Assembly (NCBI GenBank): GCA_042408215.1
Contig: JAYFMW010000006.1
Span: 1,018,659-1,082,658 of the forward strand
Direction: 5' to 3'
DNA: 64,000 bases
DNA from: Microcoleus sp.
GTDB taxonomy: Bacteria; Cyanobacteriota; Cyanobacteriia; Cyanobacteriales; Microcoleaceae
Part shown: positions 31,115 through 40,423 of the stretch, one piece after another
Layout: every line of letters starts with the position of its first letter
Numbering within the stretch: the first letter of the stretch is position 1
Made by a program: the position numbers and the translations under genes
The notes under the pieces: generated by a model
Database searches by the model: none
What the model was told of the DNA's origin: nothing
Seen by the model: only the letters and a program-made list of their open reading frames with translations

Positions 31115-31669
31115 CTATTTGACGTTAGCAAGGCCGCTGAGGTTAAATTTTGTCAGCCAATCTTCGCGATCGCTAGCTGAAAAAGAGGGATCGCGGGATT
31201 GAACTTTCACCTGGTAGCGATTGGCCACGAGGACCGCAGTGATATTAGCACCTTGGGTAACAGCGGGATAGCCACCAATTTGCTTGGTACTTTGCTGAAA
31301 TTTGGCCCCAGCCGAGGGGTTGCCGGCGATGTCGTTGATGGACAGCATGGCGACATTTTTACCGCCTTTGTTCAACTTAGCTTCAGCAAAACCTGACTTT
31401 TCTTGAGCGAAGACGCGATCGAATCCGTCGTCAGACGACGGGAAATATTTATTTAATTTGTCACCTGCGACGGCCTTTTTGGGCAGGTTTTGATTTTGAG
31501 CAGTTGATTGATCGGCCGTTGTCTGCTTTGGTTTACCAGATTTTTGGGTGCTTTCCTGCTGGGCTTTGTCCCAGCGAGAGGGGGCCTGAGTTTGACCGCA
31601 AGCGGTGACGAGCAGCAGTACCGAGATCAGGAATGGAGCTAGGATTCTGCGCGCGAGGGGTAATTTCAT
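31115..31669 (-). CDS. Lipoprotein
   Basis: Signal peptide with lipobox LVTAC. Confidence 0.75.
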   Translation of the reverse strand: MKLPLARRILAPFLISVLLLVTACGQTQAPSRWDKAQQESTQKSGKPKQTTADQSTAQNQNLPKKAVAGDKLNKYFPSSDDGFDRVFAQEKSGFAEAKLNKGGKNVAMLSINDIAGNPSAGAKFQQSTKQIGGYPAVTQGANITAVLVANRYQVKVQSRDPSFSASDREDWLTKFNLSGLANVK

Positions 31670-31756
31670 CGCTGTCTCTTGATGAGGGGGTGGACGATCG
31701 TAATTATCGCTTAGGATTTGGCAATTTGTCCTCTGGGATGGGATGATTTGTCTCAA

Positions 31757-31799
31757 TTGCAAAAAAACCTCTGCCGTGCAGGCAGAGGTTTTTTTGCAA
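31757..31799. terminator. Bidirectional intrinsic terminator downstream of psaI
   Basis: TTGCAAAAAAACCTCTGCC-GTGCA-GGCAGAGGTTTTTTTGCAA. Confidence 0.7.
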
Positions 31800-31992
31800 G
31801 GTCGAGTTGAGAAGGAAGAAGACGGAAGAATTAGTTGACCGATCAATTTTGGGAAGTCGGGTCAAGAAATCAAGTTTTCTGGTTTCCCGCAATCTCAAAA
31901 TAATTTTTTCTGATTCTCGCTAGATTTATCTAGAGGCTTCAGACCAATGATTCGTCAACCATCCAACTTCTGTCTTCCTTGGTTGGTAAAGA

Positions 31993-32109
31993 TTAGGCGT
32001 CGCTTTCAATATGGACAAACAACAAACCCATTACCACAACTGGCATTACCCAGGTAACTAGCGGAATCAAGATCCAAGGCAAAAAAGCAGCAGCGTATGA
32101 ACCTGTCAT
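31993..32109 (-). CDS. psaI: Photosystem I subunit VIII (not in ORF track)
   Basis: Manual translation gives [45 protein letters not shown]. Confidence 0.9.
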   Translation of the reverse strand: MTGSYAAAFLPWILIPLVTWVMPVVVMGLLFVHIESDA

Positions 32110-32166
32110 ATCAAATTCTCCCAGCTAAAGTTAGTGTGTTGCAACAGAGATATTTCGGAGTGCGGT

Positions 32167-32673
32167 CTAATTATTGACTAAGCCCCGGAAGATGGCATCG
32201 ACGACATTAAAGTTTTCGAGTAAGAAATAGGCGGCAAAGACACCACCCATTCCACCAACGAAGAAACCAGCGGTGAGTTGGCTCCAGCCTTCACCGGTTT
32301 TCAGGGCTTCGGGAGTCATTGGATTGGCGCTGGCGTAGGTGCTGTTCTCTTGGAAAGATACCAGACCGTAAGCAGACATACCTAATGTGCCGATTAGAAC
32401 TAAGGCGATGGCTGTAATTAGTCCACCAAGATTAGCAGCTTCTGGATAGTCCCGCAGTGGTCCGAGGATGATTTCTGGGCCGACAAGGAAATAACCGTGT
32501 GCCAAGCCGATTTCTAGGCCCCGAACTAGGGGGGAGAGTCCTTTACGGTAGGCTGGCAAGTTGCCAATGAATGCTTTGGTAAAATCAGAAGCACTAATGG
32601 GAGTTGCTAGATGACCCGTGAAGGGGTCGCCGTTAAAGGGTTGAATAAGTTCTGCATTTCTGGAGTCGGCCAT
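32167..32673 (-). CDS. psaL: Photosystem I subunit XI
   Basis: GDPFTGHLATPIS, NLPAYRKGLSP, RGLEIGLAHGY and GPLRD motifs. Confidence 0.93.
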   Translation of the reverse strand: MADSRNAELIQPFNGDPFTGHLATPISASDFTKAFIGNLPAYRKGLSPLVRGLEIGLAHGYFLVGPEIILGPLRDYPEAANLGGLITAIALVLIGTLGMSAYGLVSFQENSTYASANPMTPEALKTGEGWSQLTAGFFVGGMGGVFAAYFLLENFNVVDAIFRGLVNN

Positions 32674-32787
32674 ATTTAGTTTCTCCTCGGTATCAAAGAA
32701 AGTTGAGGCGTTCAAGTCATATTTTACGCAGGGACGTGTAGCGTATTTACATAATTGACAGCCAGCTTCAGAAAAGTTTACTTTTCT

Positions 32788-33501
32788 TTAGTTTTTAGAA
32801 GAATTTTTCCTTTTTCCTCTATACCATTCCCCAAGGCGATCGGGCGACACTCCGAGAAAATAAGCAATAATTACTATTTGATTGATGACCGTGGTTTTGA
32901 GTACCCCAACCTGTTGCCAGCGGCGGGCTGATGTCAGCACTGCTTGGGGCAATATTTCGATGCGGCCTTGTTTTTTCAATCGGCGCACCAAATCAAAGTC
33001 TTCCATGACGGGCCAGTCGGGAAAGCCGCCAATGTGGTTAAAAGTAGCTGTTTTGAGGAAAATGGCTTGATCCCCGTAGGGCATTTCCAGGAAGTGCGAT
33101 CGGCAGTTGACCCCTTTTTCAATCAGTCGCAGGCTCAGTAAAGGGGCATCAATCTTGAGTTCAAAAGCACCCGCTACTATGGACGGGTTCGCTAGTGCTT
33201 GACGGGCGCGAGTGTCATAGCCGTGGGGCAAATAAGTGTCTGCGTGAAGAAACAGCAGGATATCTCCAGTTGAGGCGATCGCGCCTGCATTCATTTGGGT
33301 AGCCCTGCCTGGAATGGTGGAGATCACTCGATCGGCCTCATATTTTGCTATTTCAACAGTGCCGTCACTGCTGCCGCCATCGGCGACAATGATTTCGACA
33401 TTTTCGGCATTGCGGGCAGTGGAGATGACTTGGGCGATCGTAGGAGCTTCGTTTAATGCTGGAATGATAATGGAAATTTTGAGATTCGGAGCTTCTGGCA
33501 T
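32788..33501 (-). CDS. GT2 glycosyltransferase, TIGR04283-like
   Basis: ISIIIPALNE, DGGSSD, LFLHAD, PYGDQAIF and TSARRW motifs. Confidence 0.85.
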   Translation of the reverse strand: MPEAPNLKISIIIPALNEAPTIAQVISTARNAENVEIIVADGGSSDGTVEIAKYEADRVISTIPGRATQMNAGAIASTGDILLFLHADTYLPHGYDTRARQALANPSIVAGAFELKIDAPLLSLRLIEKGVNCRSHFLEMPYGDQAIFLKTATFNHIGGFPDWPVMEDFDLVRRLKKQGRIEILPQAVLTSARRWQQVGVLKTTVINQIVIIAYFLGVSPDRLGEWYRGKRKNSSKN

Positions 33502-33579
33502 ACAAAATCAAGAACACCGTTAGAGTCAGTTTTGTACAAAGCTTAAGCTGAAACCCTTGCCTGGAATTACCTCTTCCTT

Positions 33580-33714
33580 CTTCCTGACATCCGTTAAATG
33601 CGTTACAAAATCCCTTGCCGAACTTCCTGACATCCGTTAAATGCGTTACAAAATCCCTTGCCGAACTTCCTGACATCCATTAAATGCGTTACAAAATCCC
33701 TTGCCGAACTTCCT
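33580..33714 (+). repeat. 3 x 43-bp tandem repeat
   Basis: CTTCCTGACATCCGTTAAATGCGTTACAAAATCCCTTGCCGAA at 33580, 33623 and 33666 (one substitution), no spacers. Confidence 0.9.
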
Positions 33715-33904
33715 TCTGCTATACTTGCTTTTTCTCGCGCCTGAGAGAATTCTCTCAAGCGCTGTCTAACCACTACTGAATTTCAGTATTTGGTTAGACA
33801 AATACATTTACTATAGTATGACCTTGTGGTTTCACAATCAAGTCATTTTCCGAAAAAAATGATGATAATTACTCATTAATCATCGCCTGTTAAACAAGTT
33901 TTAA

Positions 33905-34522
33905 TTATGGCAATATATTGATATCTAAACCGAGCAGATCCTCTGGTCGATCGATATCTGCAAGAGTAGGAAGATGGGCAAGATTTAGACCTAGCTTTTG
34001 GGCGATCGCTAGCGTATCAGCAAATACTTCACTGGTTCCCCAGTTAATCCCGTCGAACAATTCCGGTATCATGCGACCCTGGCCAATTAGATAATAACCT
34101 CCATCTTTTGCCGGCCCCAAAACTAAATCTTTCTCACTGAGATCGTCAAAAGCTTTGGCAATAATCTGTTCTTTCAAATTCGGGCAATCTGTGCCGATAA
34201 TTGCTACTTTGTCAATACCCAAATTAAAAGATTTTTGAAAGGCTGCGAGCATTCTTGCGCCCAAATCTCCGTCTGACTGTTGATGATAAAGAAGATCAGT
34301 TCCCAACCAGTCTTGCATGAGTTGCTGGCTGCTGCCTGTGTAGTGAATTTCTACGGATAATTGGCGGGAGTTTTGGAGAGATAGGGCGCGGGCGATCGTC
34401 CTTTGGGCCATCAGGCGGTGAAGGTTGGCGGCTCCTTCTTTTCCGAGTACGGGAATTAGTCTAGTTTTGGCTTTTCCCGGTGCTGGATAGCGAGTGAAAA
34501 TAATTAGTTTTTCTGAAATCAT
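33905..34522 (-). CDS. DUF2064/TIGR04282-like glycosyltransferase-fold protein
   Basis: PGKAKTRL, GDLGARM, IGTDCP and LGPAKDGGYYLIG motifs. Confidence 0.85.
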   Translation of the reverse strand: MISEKLIIFTRYPAPGKAKTRLIPVLGKEGAANLHRLMAQRTIARALSLQNSRQLSVEIHYTGSSQQLMQDWLGTDLLYHQQSDGDLGARMLAAFQKSFNLGIDKVAIIGTDCPNLKEQIIAKAFDDLSEKDLVLGPAKDGGYYLIGQGRMIPELFDGINWGTSEVFADTLAIAQKLGLNLAHLPTLADIDRPEDLLGLDINILP

Positions 34523-34659
34523 TGATCGTCCCTGATGTTTAAAGGAATGACTTAATTTAATCGCTGACCCCAACCAACCCTAGCATGAATTCATTATTAA
34601 CTGTCAACAGTCAACAGTCAACCGTCAACCGTCAACCGTCAACAGTCAACCGTCAACTG

Positions 34660-35628
34660 TTAACTCATTTCTAACATTCGCTGGATTGGCTTTAAAGCTG
34701 CTATTTGCAGATCTTGAGGCATGGTAATTTCGGGGGTTTGATTTTTCATAGCTAGATACAATTTTTCCAAGGTATTCAATCTCATGTGTGGGCATTCGTT
34801 GCAAGCACAACTGTTATTGTTTCCAGGAGCGGGAATAAAGTGTTTGTGAGGTGTTTGCTTTTGCATTTGGTGAATGATTCCCGGCTCAGTCGCTACAATA
34901 AAAGCTTGGCTGGAACTAGCTTGAGAGTATTTCAGCAAAGCAGTGGTGGAGCCGATGTAATTGGCGTGGCGAAGTACGGGAGGTTCGCATTCTGGGTGGG
35001 CAATTATTTCGGCTTCGGGATTTTCGATTTTGAGTTGAACTATCTTTTTTTCTGAGAAGTTTTCGTGGACAATGCAAGCTCCTTGCCAGATTTCCATTTT
35101 TCTGCCAGTTTGTTCCATAACGTAGCGACCAAGATTGCGATCTGGACCAAAAATTATCGGCTGATCTTCAGGAATTTGGCTGACAATTTTGGCAGCGTTG
35201 GAACTGGTGCAAATAATGTCGCTCATTGCTTTAATTGTGGCGGTACAATTAATGTAGGAAATTACTAAATGTCCTGGTCGCGAGGCTTTAAAAGCTGCAA
35301 AGGCTTCGGGAGGACAACTGTCGGCGAGGGAGCAACCTGCATTCAAGTCTGGTAACAATACTAATTTGTCGGGATTCAGGATTTTGGCGGTTTCCGCCAT
35401 AAAATGAACTCCGGCAAAAACTATGACATCGGCGTCGGTGTTGGCGGCTTTGCGAGCAAGTTCTAGGGAATCACCGATGAAGTCGGCGATGTCTTGAATG
35501 TCGGAGTCTTGGTAATAGTGGGCGAGAATGACGGCGTTCAACTCTTGTTTGAGGGCGTTAATTGCTGCAAACAAGTCGTCGGGCAGTCTGGTTTGGGTCA
35601 GGTTTGGAGAAGGTGCGGTGATAAACAC
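34660..35628 (-). CDS. nadA: Quinolinate synthase
   Basis: ILAHYYQ, GDSLEL, GVHFMAE, AGCSLA, AHPEC and CPHM motifs. Confidence 0.95.
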   Translation of the reverse strand: MFITAPSPNLTQTRLPDDLFAAINALKQELNAVILAHYYQDSDIQDIADFIGDSLELARKAANTDADVIVFAGVHFMAETAKILNPDKLVLLPDLNAGCSLADSCPPEAFAAFKASRPGHLVISYINCTATIKAMSDIICTSSNAAKIVSQIPEDQPIIFGPDRNLGRYVMEQTGRKMEIWQGACIVHENFSEKKIVQLKIENPEAEIIAHPECEPPVLRHANYIGSTTALLKYSQASSSQAFIVATEPGIIHQMQKQTPHKHFIPAPGNNNSCACNECPHMRLNTLEKLYLAMKNQTPEITMPQDLQIAALKPIQRMLEMS

Positions 35629-36079
35629 AGTTAGAATATTCCGGGGGGAAGGTGGTGAAGAAAGCTAAAGTGTATTCTGAATTATAGTTGAATTCACCAA
35701 AAAAGACTGGCAGTTCCGTTGGGCAAATCTAAAATCTCAAATCTAAAATCTAAAATTGGCTGGGGGAGAGCGTAAAAGTTGGTCGCTGTTTCCTATGCTG
35801 ATCAACAGGGGCTAGGGATCGATCGCACATGGCAAAGCAATTCAACAACCCCGCCCTTTGTCGAGACGGGGATACTCCCTTACCAATTCGGGCAACGTAA
35901 GCGTTGAATACCGCATGGGACACAGCTTGGTACAAACCTCCGAATACTTCCCTAGTTCGGAATCTCTTGAAACCTGATTGGTTCAGGTGTTGGGTAAAGC
36001 CAAGACATCTTAGCTGTGTTGTGGGAAGGGACTTAAACAAATATTGGGTTTAAAGCTGTAACGTAATTCTTGGACAAAG

Positions 36080-36250
36080 TTACCCATTGATGGAATTGTT
36101 GGGTAGCTCTCTAGCAAGTCTCTCGATCGCGTCACTAAGACTGCTTGCGGTAAGCTGAACTCGTTTTTCCTCTAGCCACTTAGTAGCAGTCTCGGTCAGG
36201 CTTAGGTTGACTTTACGCTTAGGCTCGCTGTAAATCTTTTTTCTAGGCAT
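36080..36250 (-). CDS. Small ribbon-helix-helix-like protein divergent from tnpB
   Basis: 56 aa: MPRKKIYSEPKRKVNLSLTETATKWLEE…SLSDAIERLAR. Confidence 0.6.
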   Translation of the reverse strand: MPRKKIYSEPKRKVNLSLTETATKWLEEKRVQLTASSLSDAIERLARELPNNSING

Positions 36251-36296
36251 TTTGTTGTTCCGCATTAATTCCGCATACAATAACAGTAAGGCAGAA

Positions 36297-37433
36297 ATGA
36301 GGCAAAAGCAAATGTTACTTAGTTTCAAGACGGAATTAAAACCTAACAACAAACAGGTGACAATATTTCGACAGCATTGCCCAGTAGCAAGACACGCTTA
36401 CAACTGGGCAAATTCAATCATCCTTGAAACATTAAAAATCAGGGAGACGGATAAAAGTGTAAAGCTCCCTTCTGCCATTGATCTACACAAACGTTTAGTA
36501 GCGGAAGTCAAGCCTCTGTATCCCTGGTATTATGAGTCTTCCAAAGCAAGCCCACAGCAGGCTCTAATTGAATTGAGGATAGCTTGGGATAGATGCTTCA
36601 AAAAGGTATCTAAACAACCTAGGTTCAAGAAAAAAGGTGTGTCAGGTGATTCTTTTTATCTAGAGCAAGGAACCAAAGCAAAGCCAGGAATTAATAACGA
36701 CGGCAAGCGCATCAAGTTACCTAAGATTGGTTGGGTTAGGTTGCACGAACCATTGCCCATTACGGCGTTCCACAACTGCGTAATCAGTCGAAAAGCTGAC
36801 AGATGGTTCATTGCTTTTAAGTGCGAAATTGAGCAGCCCGCAACTCTACCTAGCCGTCCTACCGTCGGAGTTGATATCGGCATCAAGCAGCTAGCTGTTT
36901 GTTCTAACGGCGAAGTCTTTGCCAACCCTAAAGCCGAGCGTCGGATGAACCGTAAAATGAAACATCTGCAACGACGTGTTAGCAAACGAGTCAAAGGTTC
37001 TAATAACCGCAAAAAAGCAGTCTCAAAGCTAGCCAAGCTGCACCTAAAAGTATCAAATATCCGAAAAGATGCTATTCATAAGCTAACAACTTACCTCGCC
37101 AAAAACCACAGTGAGGTGAAGATTGAAGATTTGAATGTTAAGGCATTTTTGAAGAACCACAAGTTAGCTGGTGCAATCGCCGACTGCGGAATTTACGAAT
37201 TCAAGCGTCAACTTGAATATAAAACCAAAAAGTTTAACTCAAAATTGACGCTCATAGATCGATTCTTTCCTAGCAGTCAAATCTGTTCAAATTGCTGCAA
37301 TCATCGGCATAAAATGCCATTAAGAGTCCGAGCCTTTGAATGTCCCAGTTGTGGAAATATTCAAGACCGTGACTTGAATGCGTCGAAAAATATAGAACGT
37401 TGGTTTGAAGGAATATTTATTCCAGAGTCCTGA
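36297..37433 (+). CDS. tnpB: TnpB RNA-guided endonuclease
   Basis: GVDIG, IEDLNV, zinc finger CSNC…CPSC, DRDLNASKNI. Confidence 0.9.
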   Translation: MRQKQMLLSFKTELKPNNKQVTIFRQHCPVARHAYNWANSIILETLKIRETDKSVKLPSAIDLHKRLVAEVKPLYPWYYESSKASPQQALIELRIAWDRCFKKVSKQPRFKKKGVSGDSFYLEQGTKAKPGINNDGKRIKLPKIGWVRLHEPLPITAFHNCVISRKADRWFIAFKCEIEQPATLPSRPTVGVDIGIKQLAVCSNGEVFANPKAERRMNRKMKHLQRRVSKRVKGSNNRKKAVSKLAKLHLKVSNIRKDAIHKLTTYLAKNHSEVKIEDLNVKAFLKNHKLAGAIADCGIYEFKRQLEYKTKKFNSKLTLIDRFFPSSQICSNCCNHRHKMPLRVRAFECPSCGNIQDRDLNASKNIERWFEGIFIPES

Positions 37434-37617
37434 GCTATGCGTTGGATCAGAATTGGCGGTGAGTTCCACCGTGTCAGCACGGGCGAGAGTAGACAAACCC
37501 GACAGCAGTCATGTTGTCGCTACTGTGAAACAGGAAGTTAACACCACAAGCACTTATGTCTAGTTATGTCTACATTTGGATAATTATGGGTAAGTTTTTC
37601 AGAACGGTTATACCAAG

Positions 37618-37847
37618 ATGCGAATTCCAGTAGTAGACAAAGACCATCACCCACTCATGCCCACAACACCTGCACGGGCGCGGAAATGGGTTGAATCTGG
37701 TAAAGCAGTTAAGCACTGGTCAGATTGCGGACACTTCTATGTCCAGTTGGTTGCAGAGCCGTCTGGACGAGCCACTCAGGATATTGCGATCGGGATTGAT
37801 CCCGGCAAGAAATATTCAGGTATTGGCGTTGTGTCGGCAAAGTTTAC
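37618..37847 (+). pseudogene. isrB: IsrB/IscB N-terminal fragment (PLMP + RuvC-I)
   Basis: MRIPVVDKDHHPLMPT…GIDPGKKYSG, cut at TTAC by the next element; the remainder is absent. Confidence 0.7.
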
Positions 37848-37860
37848 CAAAAAAATGGGT

Positions 37861-38007
37861 TTAAAGCCCCGTCCTTCTAGGACGGCTTTTCTTTAATTTG
37901 CTAATTAATTCTCTCAGTAGATCATTTTAAGTACGTATTGTCTGGGTGCAATACTCCATGAGTATCTCGTACTCCTCATCTTAGGATCTAATTGTTAATT
38001 TTTTCAT
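37861..38007 (-). pseudogene. Degraded small RHH/CopG-like gene
   Basis: Manual translation MKKLTIRS*DEEYEILMEYCTQTIRT*NDLLRELISKL… has two in-frame stops. Confidence 0.55.
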
Positions 38008-38045
38008 GCCGTCATATCGCCGTTGATTTGTGATATAATACTAGC

Positions 38046-39170
38046 ATGAAAACACTGAAGTTTAAGTTGTACGAACACAAGCGGAATAAACACCTCAAGC
38101 GGATGATTAACGCCGCAGCGGTGATTTATAACCATTGTATTGCTCTACATAAACGGTACTACCGAATGTGGGGCAAGCACTTGAGTTGTGCAAAAATTCA
38201 GTCTCATATTGCCAAGTTGAGAAAACGTAATCCATTTTGGCAATCGGTCGGTTCTCAGGCAGTACAGGACATCTGTCAACGCATTGAGAAAGCCTATAAA
38301 CTGTTCTTTAAGCACCAGAATAAAAAAGTTAGACCGCCCAACTTTAAGAAAGTTAGACGATACAAATCGTTCACTTTAAAACAAGCTGGCTACAAATTAT
38401 TAGGTGGCAACCGGATCGAGATTGGAAATCGTGTCTATCAGTATTGGAACACTAGAGCCATTGAGGGAACGGTCAAGACCTTGACTATTAAGCGCACGAC
38501 CTTAGGAGAGTTGTTTATGGTCATCGTTGTAGACAGCGTTAATGAACCTAAAACCAAATTCGAGACGAGTAGAATCGCTGGATTTGATTTTGGTTTGAAA
38601 ACGTTTCTCACCTGTTCAGATGGTTCCAAGATTAAATCACCGCAATTTCTGAAACAATCGCTCAATGCCATCAAGAAGGCGAGTCGCAATCATTCCAAGA
38701 AACGGAAAGGTTCCTCCAATCGTGAACGAGCTAGAAAAAACTTAGTTCGTAAACATGAAGATATTTGTAACCGCAGACGTGATTGGTTCTGGAAATTAGC
38801 TCAACAATTGACAGACAAGTTTGATGTTTTATTTTTTGAAACCCTAAATCTTAAGGGAATGCAACGTCTTTGGGGTAGAAAAATATCAGACTTGGCTTTT
38901 GGTGAATTTCTGCAAATCCTCGAATGGGTAGCAACGAAGAAAGGGAAGCAGGTTGTTTTCATCGACAGATGGTATCCATCCTCTAAGACTTGTTCGCACT
39001 GTGGGCAAGTCTTAAAAGAATTAGCGATAGATGTGCGTGAATGGCGTTGTCCGTCCTGTCAGTCAGTGAACGGCAGAGACGAAAACGCTGCTATAAATAT
39101 TCAAATGGTTGGGGCATCAACCATTGGGTTAGGTGATGTTAGACGGGCTACGCCCGCAGTTACTGTTTGA
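38046..39170 (+). CDS. tnpB: TnpB RNA-guided endonuclease
   Basis: GFDFG, FETLNL, CSHC…CPSC, GRDENAAINI. Confidence 0.9.
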   Translation: MKTLKFKLYEHKRNKHLKRMINAAAVIYNHCIALHKRYYRMWGKHLSCAKIQSHIAKLRKRNPFWQSVGSQAVQDICQRIEKAYKLFFKHQNKKVRPPNFKKVRRYKSFTLKQAGYKLLGGNRIEIGNRVYQYWNTRAIEGTVKTLTIKRTTLGELFMVIVVDSVNEPKTKFETSRIAGFDFGLKTFLTCSDGSKIKSPQFLKQSLNAIKKASRNHSKKRKGSSNRERARKNLVRKHEDICNRRRDWFWKLAQQLTDKFDVLFFETLNLKGMQRLWGRKISDLAFGEFLQILEWVATKKGKQVVFIDRWYPSSKTCSHCGQVLKELAIDVREWRCPSCQSVNGRDENAAINIQMVGASTIGLGDVRRATPAVTV

Positions 39171-39276
39171 CCCCAGAATCCCCACTCTTCTAGGGCGGGG
39201 AGTATGTCAATTGCTAACTTTCAGTAAAGCCGTCCTCCGCTTCGCTAGAGGACGGGGTTTCAAACCCAAATTTCTG

Positions 39277-40194
39277 ATGAATGAGACTAAGGCGATCAAA
39301 ATTGCGGTGGTGGGGGATGTTCACGATCAGTGGGAAGCGGAAGACGGCGAGGCGCTGCTGCGTCTAGGCGTTGATTTGGTGCTGTTTGTGGGGGATTTTG
39401 GGAATGAGTCGGTGGAGGTGGTGCGGGCGATCGCCCAATTGGACATTCCGAAAGCAGCGGTATTTGGGAACCACGACGCTTGGTACACGGCGACGGATTG
39501 GGGCAGAAGTCAATGCCCCTACGATCGCACTCAAGAGAATCGGGTGAAACAGCAGTTAGATTTAATGGGGGAAGCTCACGTCGGTTACGGGAAGCGGGAT
39601 TTTCCAGAATTGGGAGTAACTGTGGTAGGAAGTCGCCCGTTTACTTGGGGGGGATCGGAGTGGAAGTACGCGGATTTTTACTCGGAGTGGTTTGGGGTGG
39701 AGAGTTTTGAGGAGTCGGCCAGACGCATTGCACTTTCGGCTGCGGACGCGGACTGCGAAAATGTGATTTTTTTGGGTCACACAGGCCCGACGGGCTTGGG
39801 AGAGGCTCCTGAAGACCCCTGCGGGCGAGATTGGAAGCCACTGGGAGGGGATTGGGGCGACCCAGATTTTGCGGTGGCGATCGACAAAACTCGTAATTCT
39901 GGCAAGCAGGTACCTCTGGTAACTTTTGGTCATATGCACCACAAACTGCGGCACATAAAGAAGGAGTTGCGGAAGTCGCTAAGTGTGAGTGCGGAGGGTA
40001 CGGTTTATTTGAATGCGGCCAGCGTACCGCGAATTGTGGACAGAGACTGCTCGAAACTGCGAAATTTCTCGATCGTGCTGCTGGAAGCTGGAGTAGTGTC
40101 GGAAGTGTCTCTGGTTTGGGTTGGGGGGGATTTTGCTGTGGAAAGAGAACAAATTCTGTATCGGCGTGCTGAATCTGCAACTGCTTGTGGTTAG
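39277..40194 (+). CDS. Metallophosphoesterase (TIGR04168-like)
   Basis: GDVH, GDFG, GNHD and FGHMH motifs. The original first four codons lie at 35829-35840. Confidence 0.85.
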   Translation: MNETKAIKIAVVGDVHDQWEAEDGEALLRLGVDLVLFVGDFGNESVEVVRAIAQLDIPKAAVFGNHDAWYTATDWGRSQCPYDRTQENRVKQQLDLMGEAHVGYGKRDFPELGVTVVGSRPFTWGGSEWKYADFYSEWFGVESFEESARRIALSAADADCENVIFLGHTGPTGLGEAPEDPCGRDWKPLGGDWGDPDFAVAIDKTRNSGKQVPLVTFGHMHHKLRHIKKELRKSLSVSAEGTVYLNAASVPRIVDRDCSKLRNFSIVLLEAGVVSEVSLVWVGGDFAVEREQILYRRAESATACG

Positions 40195-40228
40195 AGACAA
40201 CTACTGGTATGATAGATTTCATGCACCG

Positions 40229-40315
40229 GGAGAGGTGGCAGAGTGGTCGAATGCGCTCGGCTTGAAACCGAGTGTGGCAGTGATGTCACCGTGGGTTCAA
40301 ATCCCACCCTCTCCG
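40229..40315 (+). tRNA. tRNA-Ser(TGA)
   Basis: GGAGAGG/CCTCTCC acceptor stem, CTCGG-CTTGAAA-CCGAG anticodon arm, long variable arm, GGTTCAAATCC T-arm, G73. Confidence 0.95.
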
Positions 40316-40423
40316 TTTTTAGGAAACTGCCTGATTTTTGGGCGATCGCAACTTGGTCAGACACACCTGATTTCAATTGACAGCCGTAAAGGTCAGGAGT
40401 TGATCGCTCAAACTCCCCTCCAC

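Larger units (their letters stand above)
36048..37607 (+). mobile_element. IS607-like non-autonomous tnpB element
   Basis: GG at both junctions; right end with short repeats TTATGTCTA and …GTAAGTTTTTCAGAACGG. Separates the omegaRNA from the isrB start. Confidence 0.7.
37848..39210 (+). mobile_element. IS605/IS1341-type tnpB-only element
   Basis: TTAC | CAAAAAAATGGGTTTAAAGCCCCGTCCTTCTAGGACGG left end; right end …GGGCGGGGAGTATGTCAA. Confidence 0.85.
35841..39276 (+). mobile_element. IsrB/IscB-type element (omegaRNA approx 35841-36045) carrying two nested tnpB elements
   Basis: Starts TTCAACAACCCC. Ends with hairpin CCGTCCT…AGGACGGGGTTTCAAACCCAAATTTCTG before ATGA. Removing it rejoins ATG GCA AAG CAA | ATG AAT GAG in frame. 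Confidence 0.75.

Noticed and set aside
33580..33714. 43-bp repeats as a CRISPR array
   Set aside because: The units are contiguous with no spacers and there are no cas genes; this is a simple tandem repeat.
35750..36040. 96-aa minus-strand ORF
   Set aside because: Antisense to the IsrB omegaRNA, with no recognisable protein features.
39133..39276. N-terminal extension of the metallophosphoesterase ORF
   Set aside because: It runs through transposon end sequences; the real N-terminus is split between 35829-35840 and 39277.
40355..40420. Degenerate second tRNA-Ser, or a TnpB guide matching the tRNA-Ser anticodon arm (TTGAAATCAGGTGTG)
   Set aside because: Only a partial match, no T-arm, and the omegaRNA end cannot be placed with confidence.
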